Assembly: GCA_963720755.1 (NCBI GenBank)
Contig: CAVRGP010000015.1
Span: 192,001 to 256,000, forward strand
DNA length: 64,000 bases
Origin: an uncultured Chloroflexia bacterium
GTDB lineage: Bacteria; Chloroflexota; Limnocylindria; Limnocylindrales; CSP1-4
Direction of reading: 5' to 3'
The translations under genes were made by a program, and so were the position numbers. Shown here piece by piece: positions 26,185 to 36,190 of the stretch (position 1 is the stretch's first letter; the number at the start of each line of letters is the position of its first letter). The notes below the pieces were generated by a model, which worked only from the letters and a program-made list of their open reading frames with translations, ran no database searches and was not told the origin of the DNA.

Positions 26185-29100
26185 CCTCGCCCGGCCCGAA
26201 GCCCGCCTCGGTCCTGATCCTCGGGTCCGGCCCGGTCGTCATCGGTCAGGCCGCCGAGTTCGACTATGCCGGGACGCAGGCCTGCCGCGCCCTTCGGGCC
26301 GAGGGGGTCCGGACCATCCTGATCAATTCGAACCCGGCCACGATCATGACCGACCCATCGGTCGCGGATGTCATCTACCTCGAGCCCCTGACCGTCGAGG
26401 CCGTCGAAGCGGTCATCGCGAAGGAGCGACCCGAGGGACTCCTCGCCGGGCTCGGGGGCCAGACGGCGCTCAACCTGACGGCCGCGATGGCCGAGGCCGG
26501 CGTGTTCGATCGGCACGAGATCCGCCTCCTCGGCACCCCGCTGGAGGCGATCCGGATGGCCGAGGACCGCGAGGCGTTCCGCGACCTGCTCGATCGCCTG
26601 GGCCAACCGTATGCCCCGAGCGCCATCGTGGAGGGCGCGACCCAAGCCGAGCGCGATCGATCGGCGGACGTGGCACTCGAGACGATCGGCCTGCCTGCCA
26701 TCGTTCGCCCGGCGTTCACGCTTGGAGGCACCGGCGGCGGGATCGTCGGGACGGAGGTCGCTTATCGCGAACGAGTCCGGGCGGGTCTGCGCGCCAGCCC
26801 GATCAAGCAGGTCATGGTCGAGAAATGCCTGGTCGGCTGGCAGGAGATCGAATACGAGGTCATGCGCGACGCCGATGACACGTGCATCGCCGTGTGCTCG
26901 ATGGAAAACGTCGATCCGCTCGGGGTCCACACCGGCGATTCGATCGTCGTCGCGCCCGTCCAGACGCTGACCGATGCCGTCCACCAGCGCCTCCGCAGCG
27001 CCGCGCTGGCCATCATCCGGGCGCTCGGCGTCGAGGGCGGCTGCAACGTCCAGTTCGCGCTCTCGCCGGACTCGACCGAGTACGCGGTCATCGAGGTCAA
27101 CCCGAGAGTCAGCCGAAGCTCCGCTCTGGCATCCAAGGCCACCGGCTACCCGATCGCCCGGGTCGCCGCCCAGATCGCCATCGGCCGCCGACTGGCGGAG
27201 ATCCCGAATGTGGTCACCGGCACGACCGTGGCCGCCTTCGAGCCTGCGCTCGACTATGTGGTGGTCAAGTTGCCACGCTTCCCGTTCGACAAGTTCCCCG
27301 GCGCCGATCGTTCGCTCGGAAGCCAGATGAAGGCGACCGGCGAGGTGATGGCCATCGATCGGACCTTCGGATCGGCACTCAACAAGGCGCTTCGCGGGCT
27401 GGAACAGGCGAGTGTCGGCCCACTCGCCGAAGATCCGGCCTGGAGCTCGAGCTTCAGCTATCTCGCCGCGATGTACGCGGGTGCCCCGGACGACCAGGAC
27501 GACGGACCGATCCGCTGGCTGGATGCGTCAGGGGAGGCATGCGAATCGACCCGCCATGCCCAACGGTCGGCCGCCCCCATCGTGCTCCGACAGTTCCTCG
27601 AACCATCCGACAGCCGCCTGTGGCGGATCCTCGGGCTCATGCGTCGGGGTGTCCCCGAGCCGGCGATCGGGGAGGCGACCGGGATCGCCCCGTGGTTCCT
27701 CGCGGAGATGGGCCGGAACGTCGCGCTCGAGGCGGAGGTGGCGACCTTCGGAGAGCGGATGACGGATGCCACGGACGCCGAGGCGGCGGAACTCCTGGCC
27801 ACGGTCAAGCGGGCCGGGTTCGGCGATCGCGAGCTGGCCGACCTGTCGTCGACCACGGCCGATGCGATCCGTGCGACACGACTGACCCTCGGGTTGCGTC
27901 CGGGCTACGCGATGGTCGACACGTGTGCGGCCGAATTCGCCGCCGAGACGCCCTACTTCTATTCGACCTATGCGGCGTCGGGATCGACGCCCGAGGCGCC
28001 CCCGGTGGCTCGCCCCGGGGCACTGGTCATCGGCTCAGGCCCGGTCCGGATCGGCCAGGGGATCGAATTCGACTACTGCGCCGTCCAGGCCGCCGACACC
28101 CTGCGCCGCGCCGGTTGGAGCGCGGTCATGATGAATTCGAACCCGGAGACGGTCTCGACCGACTTCGACGCATCGACCCGCCTCTATTTCGAGCCACTCG
28201 ATGCGGAGAGCGTCCGGAGCGTCATCGACGCCGAGTCGCCGGATCAGGAGGAGCTCCTCCCGGCCGTCGTCGCCTACGGCGGGCAGACGCCGCTGAATCT
28301 TGCCGCGGCGCTGGCCGATGGTGGCGTCCCGCTGCTCGGTTCGAGTCTCGAGGCGATCGATCAGGCCGAGGAGCGGACGCGGTTCGCGGCACTCCTGGAC
28401 CGGCTTGGGATCCCGCAGCCAGAAGGCGGGATGGCCCACAGCATCGAGGAGGCGCTGACCCTCGCGGATCGGATCGGCTACCCGGTCATCGTCCGACCGT
28501 CGTTCGTGATCGGCGGCCTGGCGATCGACTTCTGCTACTCGCCGTCCGACCTCACCCGGCAGCTGGCGGCAGCCACCATCGTCGATCCCGACCGCCCCGT
28601 CCGGATCGATCGTTACCTCGAAGGCGTCGAAGTCGATGTCGACGCGGTCTCGGATGGGGAGCGGGTCCTCATCCCGGGTCTCCTCGAACACGTCGAGCGG
28701 GCCGGCGTCCATTCCGGCGACTCGGTCGGGATGTTCCCGCCCCAGACGGTCTCGGAAGGCGACCAGGCGCTGATCGTCGCGACGATGGAGCGGATCGTCC
28801 TCGCACTCGAGGTCCGCGGCCTGGTCAACGCGCAATTCATCGTCCGCGACGACGGTGTCTACCTCATCGAAGTCAACCCGCGTGCGTCGCGCACCGTCCC
28901 ATTCCTGTCAAAGGTGACCGGGGTCCCGATGGTCGAGTTGGCAGTGCGGATCTCACTCGGCGCGACGCTTCCGGAGCTTGGTTGGGCCGGCGGTCACCTG
29001 CCGCCGCCCGACTTCGTCGCGGTCAAGGCGCCGGCCTTCTCGACAGCGAAACTGCGAGGGGTCGATCCATCCGTCGGTCCCGGGATGCAGTCGACCGGGG

Positions 29101-29636
29101 AGGTCATCGGGATCCACCACGATCCGCGCGTCGCCCTCGCGAAGGCCCTGCTCGGCGCCGCCCTCGTCCCTCCGCGTCCTGGCGAGGACGGGGCGCTCGC
29201 GCTCTTGTCGATCGCCGATCGCGACAAGGCCACGCTACCCCGACTTGCGGTTGCCCTCGCCACCGCCGGCTACCGCTTCGCAGCGACCCCAGGGACGCGA
29301 TCGGCGCTCATCGAGGCGGGCTATGAGGCTGAACCCGTGTCCAAACTGGGGGCCGATGCAGATGCCGCGAGCGGTGAGACTCCGATCCTCGACCTGATCG
29401 CCACGGGCGAGGTCCGCCTCGTGGTCAACACGCCGACCCCGAGGTCGGGGGCCGTCCGCGATGCCGCCGAGATCCGCCTGGCCGCGACGGCCGAGGGCAT
29501 CCTTTGCCTGACGGCCATGGAGACCGCGGTCGCGGCTGCCGAAGCGCTGGACCCGGCGATCGCGGATCGGCTATCGGATGTCCGGTCGCTTGATCAGTGG
29601 GTCCCATCAGGGATGTTGACCACAACGCCGGTCTGA
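26181..29636 (+). CDS. carB: Carbamoyl-phosphate synthase large subunit
   Basis: LGSGPVVIGQAAEFDYAG, GVHTGDS, IEVNPRVSRSSALASKATG, GSGPVRIGQGIEFDY, EVNPRASRT, C-terminal MGS domain. Confidence 0.97.
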   Translation: MTSPGPKPASVLILGSGPVVIGQAAEFDYAGTQACRALRAEGVRTILINSNPATIMTDPSVADVIYLEPLTVEAVEAVIAKERPEGLLAGLGGQTALNLTAAMAEAGVFDRHEIRLLGTPLEAIRMAEDREAFRDLLDRLGQPYAPSAIVEGATQAERDRSADVALETIGLPAIVRPAFTLGGTGGGIVGTEVAYRERVRAGLRASPIKQVMVEKCLVGWQEIEYEVMRDADDTCIAVCSMENVDPLGVHTGDSIVVAPVQTLTDAVHQRLRSAALAIIRALGVEGGCNVQFALSPDSTEYAVIEVNPRVSRSSALASKATGYPIARVAAQIAIGRRLAEIPNVVTGTTVAAFEPALDYVVVKLPRFPFDKFPGADRSLGSQMKATGEVMAIDRTFGSALNKALRGLEQASVGPLAEDPAWSSSFSYLAAMYAGAPDDQDDGPIRWLDASGEACESTRHAQRSAAPIVLRQFLEPSDSRLWRILGLMRRGVPEPAIGEATGIAPWFLAEMGRNVALEAEVATFGERMTDATDAEAAELLATVKRAGFGDRELADLSSTTADAIRATRLTLGLRPGYAMVDTCAAEFAAETPYFYSTYAASGSTPEAPPVARPGALVIGSGPVRIGQGIEFDYCAVQAADTLRRAGWSAVMMNSNPETVSTDFDASTRLYFEPLDAESVRSVIDAESPDQEELLPAVVAYGGQTPLNLAAALADGGVPLLGSSLEAIDQAEERTRFAALLDRLGIPQPEGGMAHSIEEALTLADRIGYPVIVRPSFVIGGLAIDFCYSPSDLTRQLAAATIVDPDRPVRIDRYLEGVEVDVDAVSDGERVLIPGLLEHVERAGVHSGDSVGMFPPQTVSEGDQALIVATMERIVLALEVRGLVNAQFIVRDDGVYLIEVNPRASRTVPFLSKVTGVPMVELAVRISLGATLPELGWAGGHLPPPDFVAVKAPAFSTAKLRGVDPSVGPGMQSTGEVIGIHHDPRVALAKALLGAALVPPRPGEDGALALLSIADRDKATLPRLAVALATAGYRFAATPGTRSALIEAGYEAEPVSKLGADADAASGETPILDLIATGEVRLVVNTPTPRSGAVRDAAEIRLAATAEGILCLTAMETAVAAAEALDPAIADRLSDVRSLDQWVPSGMLTTTPV

Positions 29637-31024
29637 ACGGCGTCAGCGCTTGCCTGGGGGCTGACGACGATGGCCTGGCCAAGCGACCAGAGGGTCAGCG
29701 TCGTGAGGCTGACCATGACCACGGCAAGCGGGATCTGCCGGCGACGCAGCGCCTGCGTCGTGAGATCGGGAGGAGCATCCTGCACGGCGACCACATGCCC
29801 GCCCCAGGCTCCGAGCATATGACCCCCGACGACGGCCGCGAGCTGGATCGTCCAGACCAGACCGGGCGGCAGCCATGCGCCAGACGGCGTGAAGAAGGCG
29901 GTGTCGAACAGGTTCCAGCCCCGCTGGAACGGGTCGGAGATGGCGATCATGATCCGCTGGCCGTCGATCAGCAGGTAGGTCAGGTAATGGGCGACCAGGT
30001 AGCCGAGCGCGATCGGCAGCAGGCCGGCGCCGATCGCGCCGAGACCGACCGTGCGACTGACGAGGAACGCGAGGAGCACGACGATCCCGAGAAAGGCGAA
30101 GAGCAGGACCGTCCGCCCCGGGATCCCCGGAGCTCCGAACAGGTCGAAGAACGCCTGGGTCTGCGACAACCCATCGAAGATGATGGACGAGACGCCCAGC
30201 GCGACGAGGGTGACGTCTGCTGCCGTCCAGCCCGGCTCGAGCAGTCCGCTTCCGAACGTCCGGGTCTGGACACGCCCCTCCTCGTCGACAAGCCGCCAGT
30301 GCGCCAGCCGACCGAGGAGGCGAAACCAGACGGTGAACGTTTCGCCCTGTGAGCGCCACTCGTCGCGTCCGAATTGGGCCATCATCACGAGGGTGAGAGC
30401 GGTGTAACCGACAAGAACGATGAACAGCGTCGAGGGACCGGCCTGGATCACCAGCTCCAGCCAGACGAAGAAGGCGAACCCGATCACGGCCGGCCAGCGA
30501 CCCAACCGAGCTGGATAGGCCGCCGGGGCCCAACCCTGGATCCGCAGGCCGCGAAGGATGGCCGCCGCCAGGTCGTGCAACGTGGAAAACGGGTCGAGGA
30601 ACTGCCAGGCCGGGCCGACGGCGGCGCAGATGATCGCCAGACCGACCCAGCCGTAGACCCACAGGAAGAGGGTCGCGACGGCTCCGTCGCTCTCGTTGCC
30701 GGCGATCCCCTGGGCGACGATCCATAGCCAGCCGACGAGCCCGATGATCTGAAGTCCGCGCCGGATCAGGGCCGGCGGCAGGACGCCGGGGCCGTCCATG
30801 ACGGGAGGAGCTGCCCGGACGTCGCGGACGATGACGAACGCGAACGATAGGGCCACGGTCAGGGCCGCCCCGACCAGGTAGACGGCCAGCGGCAGCCGGC
30901 TTTCGTAGGTGGCGTTGAGGGTATGAGCCGCGACCGTCGCCGGACCGATGATCGCGATCAGGGCGGCCAGGCCGGCCGCGAACCCGACCCGGGGGCCGAA
31001 TATCCGACGGGGACCGCGGATCAC
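29594..31024 (-). CDS. Multi-TM membrane protein co-transcribed with copC
   Basis: Signal peptide then H, LPLAVYLVGAALTVALSF, LLPIALGYLVAHYL, GHMLG; GTGA overlap with the copC stop. Confidence 0.75.
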   Translation of the reverse strand: MIRGPRRIFGPRVGFAAGLAALIAIIGPATVAAHTLNATYESRLPLAVYLVGAALTVALSFAFVIVRDVRAAPPVMDGPGVLPPALIRRGLQIIGLVGWLWIVAQGIAGNESDGAVATLFLWVYGWVGLAIICAAVGPAWQFLDPFSTLHDLAAAILRGLRIQGWAPAAYPARLGRWPAVIGFAFFVWLELVIQAGPSTLFIVLVGYTALTLVMMAQFGRDEWRSQGETFTVWFRLLGRLAHWRLVDEEGRVQTRTFGSGLLEPGWTAADVTLVALGVSSIIFDGLSQTQAFFDLFGAPGIPGRTVLLFAFLGIVVLLAFLVSRTVGLGAIGAGLLPIALGYLVAHYLTYLLIDGQRIMIAISDPFQRGWNLFDTAFFTPSGAWLPPGLVWTIQLAAVVGGHMLGAWGGHVVAVQDAPPDLTTQALRRRQIPLAVVMVSLTTLTLWSLGQAIVVSPQASADAVQTGVVVNIPDGTH

Positions 31025-31656
31025 GCCGGGTCGGTCGGGCGGTTGCGTCGCACGAGGAGGTAAGCCGCTCCGGCCCCGAGGATGATCAGGGCGACCACGA
31101 TCGGCAGGATGACGTCGTTGCCGCTCGCCGTCGTGCTTCCATCGGCCGAGGGTGCGGGGGTGGGTTCGGCCGACGGACTCGGTGTCGCCGGGACGGGCGT
31201 CGGACTGGCCGTGGCCGCTGCGCTCGCGCTCGCGCTCGGCGTCGGCGTCGGCGTCGGCTCCGGTGTCGCCGGGATGGCGACCGTGAAGGTCCAGGTCGTG
31301 TGCTCGATGTGGCCATCGGTGGCCACGGATGTGGATTCGACGCGGTACGTGCCGTCGCCGAGCGGGGTCGCGGGTGTCGCCACCATCCGCGTGTCGTCCG
31401 CCGGATCCACCGTCCCGCTGGCCACCACGTCGCCGTTGGAGTCCTTGACCACCAGGCTGCTGCCGTCGGGCGTCATCGCCTCGCTGTAGGTGCCGGACAC
31501 CTCCGCAACCGGCTCGGTGACGGTCGACTTGTCCGCTGGCGTCGCGGTGACGAGCTCTGCGTGGCCGAGGGCCATTCCCGGCAGCAGGAATGTCAGCATG
31601 ACGGCGGCCAACCATAGCCCGCCGGCACGGCGGACGAACCCTCGTGAGAACCTCAT
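31021..31656 (-). CDS. copC: Copper resistance protein CopC with C-terminal membrane anchor
   Basis: Signal peptide then HAELV..TPAD, YRVE...VATDGH, Pro/Thr linker, TM plus RR. Confidence 0.88.
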   Translation of the reverse strand: MRFSRGFVRRAGGLWLAAVMLTFLLPGMALGHAELVTATPADKSTVTEPVAEVSGTYSEAMTPDGSSLVVKDSNGDVVASGTVDPADDTRMVATPATPLGDGTYRVESTSVATDGHIEHTTWTFTVAIPATPEPTPTPTPSASASAAATASPTPVPATPSPSAEPTPAPSADGSTTASGNDVILPIVVALIILGAGAAYLLVRRNRPTDPA

Positions 31657-31814
31657 GGTCAGCGAGTCTACAAGTCTTCCCCAGAACCCGCCGTGATGGG
31701 CCCGACGTCGGATCGGCACCTCTTGCGGGTCGGACACGGTACGATCGTCACCAGCATCCTGACGCGGCCGCATCGCCGCCAAGCCCCACAGCCTCGAGGT
31801 CCAGCGTGCCCACC

Positions 31815-33134
31815 ATGGTTCCTGAGGTCGCCTTCAGCGACCAGCGTCTCGGCAACGGCCTGCGCGTCATCGTGGCGGAAGATCACCTCGCGCCCGTCGT
31901 CGCGGTGAACCTCTGGTACGACGTCGGATCGAAACATGAGGTCGCCGGCAAGACGGGCTTCGCCCACCTCTTCGAGCACGTCATGTTCCAGGGGTCGCGT
32001 CACGTCGCGAAGGCCGAGCACATCGCCCTGGTCCAGGCAGTCGGGGGCACGATGAACGGCTCGACCTGGTTGGACCGCACGAACTACTTCGAGACGCTGC
32101 CGGCCCACCAGCTCGAGCTCGCCCTGTGGCTCGAGGCCGATCGGATGGCCACCCTGCTCGATGCCCTCAGCCAGGAGAACCTCGACAACCAGCGCGAAGT
32201 CGTCAAGAACGAGAAGCGCTGGTCCTACGACAACCGTCCGTACGGGTCGTTCCAGGAGAAACTCCAGGGGCATCTGTTCCCGCCGGATCACCCCTACCAT
32301 CACTCCACGATCGGATCGATGGACGATCTCGATGCCGCGTCGGTGGAAGATGTCAGCGCGTTCTTCCGCACGTACTACGCGCCCAACAACGCGGTCCTTT
32401 CGATCGTCGGTGCGGTCGAGACCGACGCGGCGGTCGCGGCGGCGGAGCGGTACTTCGGATCGATCCCAGCCAACCCGGACATCCCGCGACTGGGCGACCT
32501 GTCGCTGCCGATGACCCTGGGCGGCGAGGTTCGCGAGACTGTCTACGACAAGGTCCCGCTGCCACGAGTGCACGTCGGGTTCCGTTCGCCGGTCTTTGGC
32601 GACCCGCGCCTCGAAGCGCTCGACCTGGCCGGCCAGATCCTGTCGGGCGGGAAGGGGAGTCGTCTCGATCGTCGGTTGGTTCGGGACGAGCAGATCGCCC
32701 AGGACGTCGCGGTCTTCACCATGGGGTTCATCGGCGGCGCGTCGGTCACGGCGGGCTGGGCCACGGTTCGTCCGGACGTGTCGGTGGCCCGGGTCGAGGC
32801 CGCGTTCCACCAGGAACTGGCCCGCCTCACGACCGAGCTGGTCAGCGATGACGAGCTTGATCGCGCGAAGGCACTGACCGAGGCGGACGAACTCGGCTCG
32901 CTCCAGCGGGTCGAGGAGCGGGCCGACCGCCTGTCGATGTACGCGACGTTGTTCGATGAGCCGGAGATGATCAACCGGATGTTGCCGCGCTACCTCGCGG
33001 TCACGCCGGAGGCGATCCGGGATGCGGCTGCGGCGGTGTTCCGGCCGGACAACCGGGTGGTCCTGACCTATCTCCCCGAGGAAGACGGCGAAGGCGCGGC
33101 AGCCCTCAGCGACGACGACGAGGCGGCAGCATGA
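31815..33134 (+). CDS. M16 (pitrilysin) family peptidase, catalytic subunit
   Basis: GFAHLFEHVMFQGS (HxxEH), NGST..DRTNY, EVVKNE. Confidence 0.93.
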   Translation: MVPEVAFSDQRLGNGLRVIVAEDHLAPVVAVNLWYDVGSKHEVAGKTGFAHLFEHVMFQGSRHVAKAEHIALVQAVGGTMNGSTWLDRTNYFETLPAHQLELALWLEADRMATLLDALSQENLDNQREVVKNEKRWSYDNRPYGSFQEKLQGHLFPPDHPYHHSTIGSMDDLDAASVEDVSAFFRTYYAPNNAVLSIVGAVETDAAVAAAERYFGSIPANPDIPRLGDLSLPMTLGGEVRETVYDKVPLPRVHVGFRSPVFGDPRLEALDLAGQILSGGKGSRLDRRLVRDEQIAQDVAVFTMGFIGGASVTAGWATVRPDVSVARVEAAFHQELARLTTELVSDDELDRAKALTEADELGSLQRVEERADRLSMYATLFDEPEMINRMLPRYLAVTPEAIRDAAAAVFRPDNRVVLTYLPEEDGEGAAALSDDDEAAA

Positions 33135-34558
33135 GCGCGACGCCGGATCCGCGGATGGACGGCCCGGTCGTGGCGGATCGACCGAGGCCCGGGGCGCCCA
33201 CGGCCTATGCCTTCCCTTCGGTCGCGACCACGGAGCTTTCGAACGGCCTGTCGATCGCGATCGTCGACCTGCCGGGACGTCCACTCGTGTCCGCCTCGCT
33301 GATCCTGGTCGGTGGTGCCGCGGAAGAGCCGGAGGACGCCGCCGGTGCGACCGTCCTGGCCGCTCGAGCCCTGACCGAGGGGACCGACCGATACGATGCC
33401 ATCGCCCTGGTCGAGGCAGGCGAACGACTTGGCGCGTCGCTCCACGCCTCGGGCGGCTGGGATTCCCTCACGATCGGGGTCGACGTCCCGGCGGCGAGGC
33501 TGGAGCCTGCCCTCGAGCTCGTCGCGGAGGTGCTGCTTCACCCGACCTTCCCGACGGACGATGTCGAGCGTCTCCGTGACGAGCGCTTGAACGACCTGCT
33601 CCAGGCTCGGGCGGATCCCCGCCGACGGGTCGAGGAAGCGTTCATCGGCACCATCTATGCGCCGGCATCGCCCTATCACCGACCCGCCGGTGGCACCCGT
33701 GAAACGGTCTCGGGGTTGACCGCCCCGCTGTTGCGCTCGACGTTCGAGCGCCTTCGCCGGCCGGATCGAGCGACCCTGGTGGTCGGCGGGGATCTCGGAG
33801 GACTCGACGTCGTCAACGTCGCGACCCGGCTGTTCGGCGACTGGACCGTCGCACACCCCGTCGGGACCGAGGCCCGAGCGGTGGTGGATACCGGGACGGA
33901 CGCCGGTCGGCTCGTCCGGGTCATCCACCGACCTGGCGCCGTCCAGACCGAGATCCGGGTCGGCCATCGAGGCATCCCGAGGCGGATCGACGACTTCCAC
34001 GCCGTGTCGGTGATGACCGCCATCCTCGGTGGGGTGTTCAATTCGCGGCTCAACATGAAGCTCCGCGAGGAGAAGGGCTATACGTACGGAGCCGGGGCCG
34101 GCTTCGACATGCGCCGCGGCGCGGGACCGTTCTCGGCGCGAGCCGCCGTCAACACGGAGGTGACCGTCCCCGCGATCGTGGACATGCTCGCGGAACTCCG
34201 CCGGATGCGCGACACGGATGTCGAGATGAACGAACTCGTCGCCGCCCGTGATTTCCTCGTTGGCGTGTTCCCCCTCCGCTTCGAGACCCCCGCTGCGGTC
34301 GTCGGTGCACTCGGCAGTCTGGCGGTCCATGGGCTGGACGCATCCGAGCTGATCGGCTATCGCGCGGGCATCGAGACCGTGACGATCGACGCCGTCGCCG
34401 CCGCTGCCCGATCACACCTGCATGTCGATACCGCGTCGGTCGTGCTGGTCGGTGACGCCGATGCGTTCGGCCCAGCCATCGAGAGCGCAGATCTCGGACG
34501 TGTCGTCATCGAACGGGATGACGACACGACGCCACCGGCCGCAACTGGACCAAACTGA
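33131..34558 (+). CDS. M16 family peptidase, non-catalytic partner subunit
   Basis: LSNGL, no HxxEH, FNSRLNMKLREEKGYTYG (R/Y pair). Confidence 0.9.
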   Translation: MSATPDPRMDGPVVADRPRPGAPTAYAFPSVATTELSNGLSIAIVDLPGRPLVSASLILVGGAAEEPEDAAGATVLAARALTEGTDRYDAIALVEAGERLGASLHASGGWDSLTIGVDVPAARLEPALELVAEVLLHPTFPTDDVERLRDERLNDLLQARADPRRRVEEAFIGTIYAPASPYHRPAGGTRETVSGLTAPLLRSTFERLRRPDRATLVVGGDLGGLDVVNVATRLFGDWTVAHPVGTEARAVVDTGTDAGRLVRVIHRPGAVQTEIRVGHRGIPRRIDDFHAVSVMTAILGGVFNSRLNMKLREEKGYTYGAGAGFDMRRGAGPFSARAAVNTEVTVPAIVDMLAELRRMRDTDVEMNELVAARDFLVGVFPLRFETPAAVVGALGSLAVHGLDASELIGYRAGIETVTIDAVAAAARSHLHVDTASVVLVGDADAFGPAIESADLGRVVIERDDDTTPPAATGPN

Positions 34559-34727
34559 AACTATTCGCCCTCGGACCGCCTCAGGGAAGTAGTCGCTGAT
34601 CAGGTGATCGGTCCTTGAGGGAGAATTCGTTGATTCGCCATGACGCCAGGCTCGTTCTGGACCGAGTGAGGCTTCCAGCGTGACATCGGCGACATCTGAC
34701 GATGGATCCGCTGGTTGTCCCTCATGA

Positions 34728-35417
34728 TTGCGTCCAGCGGGTCAACTGCGCCGGGCGCGGACGGCCTGCCAGGAACAGGGGAGCCAGGCGATCCATCCAC
34801 CCACGTCAACCAGTGCTCCGGGCGATGAGCCGACCGATCGCACGATCGTCGATGCCGTCATCGGCGGCGACCGTGACGCGTACCGTCACCTCGTCGATCG
34901 AGAGGCCGCGTCGGTCGTTCGCGCCTGCCACCGGATCCTTGGCGACCTGCACGAAGCTGAAGACGCCTCCCAGGAGGCCTTCGTGACCGCATACCGGTCG
35001 CTGGCGAGCTGGCGTGGCGACGGCCCGTTCGGCGCGTGGTTGACCCGGATCGCCGTGCGTATCTCGCTCCGCAAGGTCAGCCAGCGTCGCTCGGTCGTCT
35101 GGCTGGAGGAGGTCGGGCCTTCCGACCCCAGGACGGGCGCCCCGGGCGAACGCGGTCTTGCCGGCACCCTCGCGGCCGGGCAGGGATCCGATCCAGCATC
35201 GCTGGCGATCCGATCCGAGCGTGCCGCGTCCCTCAGGCGGGCCGTTTCGGCATTGCCAGAGCCGTATCGCGAGGTGGTGACGCTCCGCTTCTTCGGAGAG
35301 TTGTCGCTCGATGAGATCGCGCGGCAGACCGAGCGCCCGCTCGGGACGGTCAAGACCCATCTTCGCCGCGGTCTGCTCCGACTCCGTGCGACCGTCGAGC
35401 CGGGGGACGAACGATGA
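34728..35417 (+). CDS. ECF RNA polymerase sigma factor
   Basis: GDRDAY..LV, AEDASQEAF, WLTRIA, LPEPYREVVTL, GTVKTHL.RG; start uncertain. Confidence 0.9.
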   Translation: MRPAGQLRRARTACQEQGSQAIHPPTSTSAPGDEPTDRTIVDAVIGGDRDAYRHLVDREAASVVRACHRILGDLHEAEDASQEAFVTAYRSLASWRGDGPFGAWLTRIAVRISLRKVSQRRSVVWLEEVGPSDPRTGAPGERGLAGTLAAGQGSDPASLAIRSERAASLRRAVSALPEPYREVVTLRFFGELSLDEIARQTERPLGTVKTHLRRGLLRLRATVEPGDER

Positions 35418-36115
35418 GTGGGCCGGGTCGACGGTTCGATCCCGCCGAGTTGCGGTCGCCGGGTCAGGCCGATCCGTCCGCCGCCGAACTCGCGGATGCG
35501 CTTGCCACGGCCCGTGAGCTCGAGGCCCTGGCGTCCGACGCCCTGATCCGACCGACCGAGGATTTCGGCGATCGGGTGATGGCCGCGATCGCCCAGGAAC
35601 CAGCTCCGAAACTCGTCGTCCGACCCGGATCGACGGTTCGGGGCGGTCGGCTCGGAGCGTTCCTCATCGCCGTTCGTGAGTCATGGGGCGTGGCGATGAG
35701 TGGCGGCCGACCGATGGCGGTCCGCGCCCAGGCCCTCGCGTTCGTCCTGCTGGTGGTGTTGGCCGCCGGAGCCCTGACCGGGCTGACTGCCGTCACTGTC
35801 GGCGGGCTGCTGAACTCGGGCCCGACGCCGATCCCGACCACCGAGGCCCCTCCGACGACGACACCGACGCCGACCCCGGTCGAGCCGACGGCGAGTCCTT
35901 CCGACACCGCCGAACCGTCCGACACCGCCGAACCGTCCGACACCGCCGAACCGTCCAATTCGGCCGAGCCGTCCGACTCCGCCGACCCGAAGCCGAAGCC
36001 ACCGTCAACGCCGACCAGCACGCACAGGCCCGGCGCGACCGAGACGCCCGATCCCGGCGAGACGCCCGATCCCGGTGAGACAGCCGAGCCGACCGACAGC
36101 CTCGGGGATAGTTAG
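35414..36115 (+). CDS. Putative membrane anti-sigma factor with repetitive acidic/Pro tail
   Basis: Coupled to the ECF gene; DFGDRVMAAI, one TM, EPSDTA repeats. Confidence 0.7.
   Translation: MSGPGRRFDPAELRSPGQADPSAAELADALATARELEALASDALIRPTEDFGDRVMAAIAQEPAPKLVVRPGSTVRGGRLGAFLIAVRESWGVAMSGGRPMAVRAQALAFVLLVVLAAGALTGLTAVTVGGLLNSGPTPIPTTEAPPTTTPTPTPVEPTASPSDTAEPSDTAEPSDTAEPSNSAEPSDSADPKPKPPSTPTSTHRPGATETPDPGETPDPGETAEPTDSLGDS
35900..35989 (+). repeat. In-frame 18-bp tandem repeat (SDTAEP x3 plus two degenerate copies)
   Basis: tccgacaccgccgaaccg x3 at 35900-35953. Confidence 0.9.
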
Positions 36116-36190
36116 GTCGAACCAGCGTGAGCGCCCCCCGGCCGGCCCGGACGTGGCCCGCGGTCTGAGTGGGGCGGGTACCCTCTCAGG

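Noticed and set aside
27410-27610. Intein in CarB
   Set aside because: Too short, and it lacks the C/S start and HN-C/S/T end motifs
33131-34558. Loss of HxxEH as a novel pseudo-peptidase
   Set aside because: Catalytic/non-catalytic heterodimeric M16B pairs are well known
35900-36076. 18-bp tandem repeats as a mobile or regulatory element
   Set aside because: They are in-frame low-complexity linker repeats (SDTAEP, ETPDPG) inside a membrane protein tail
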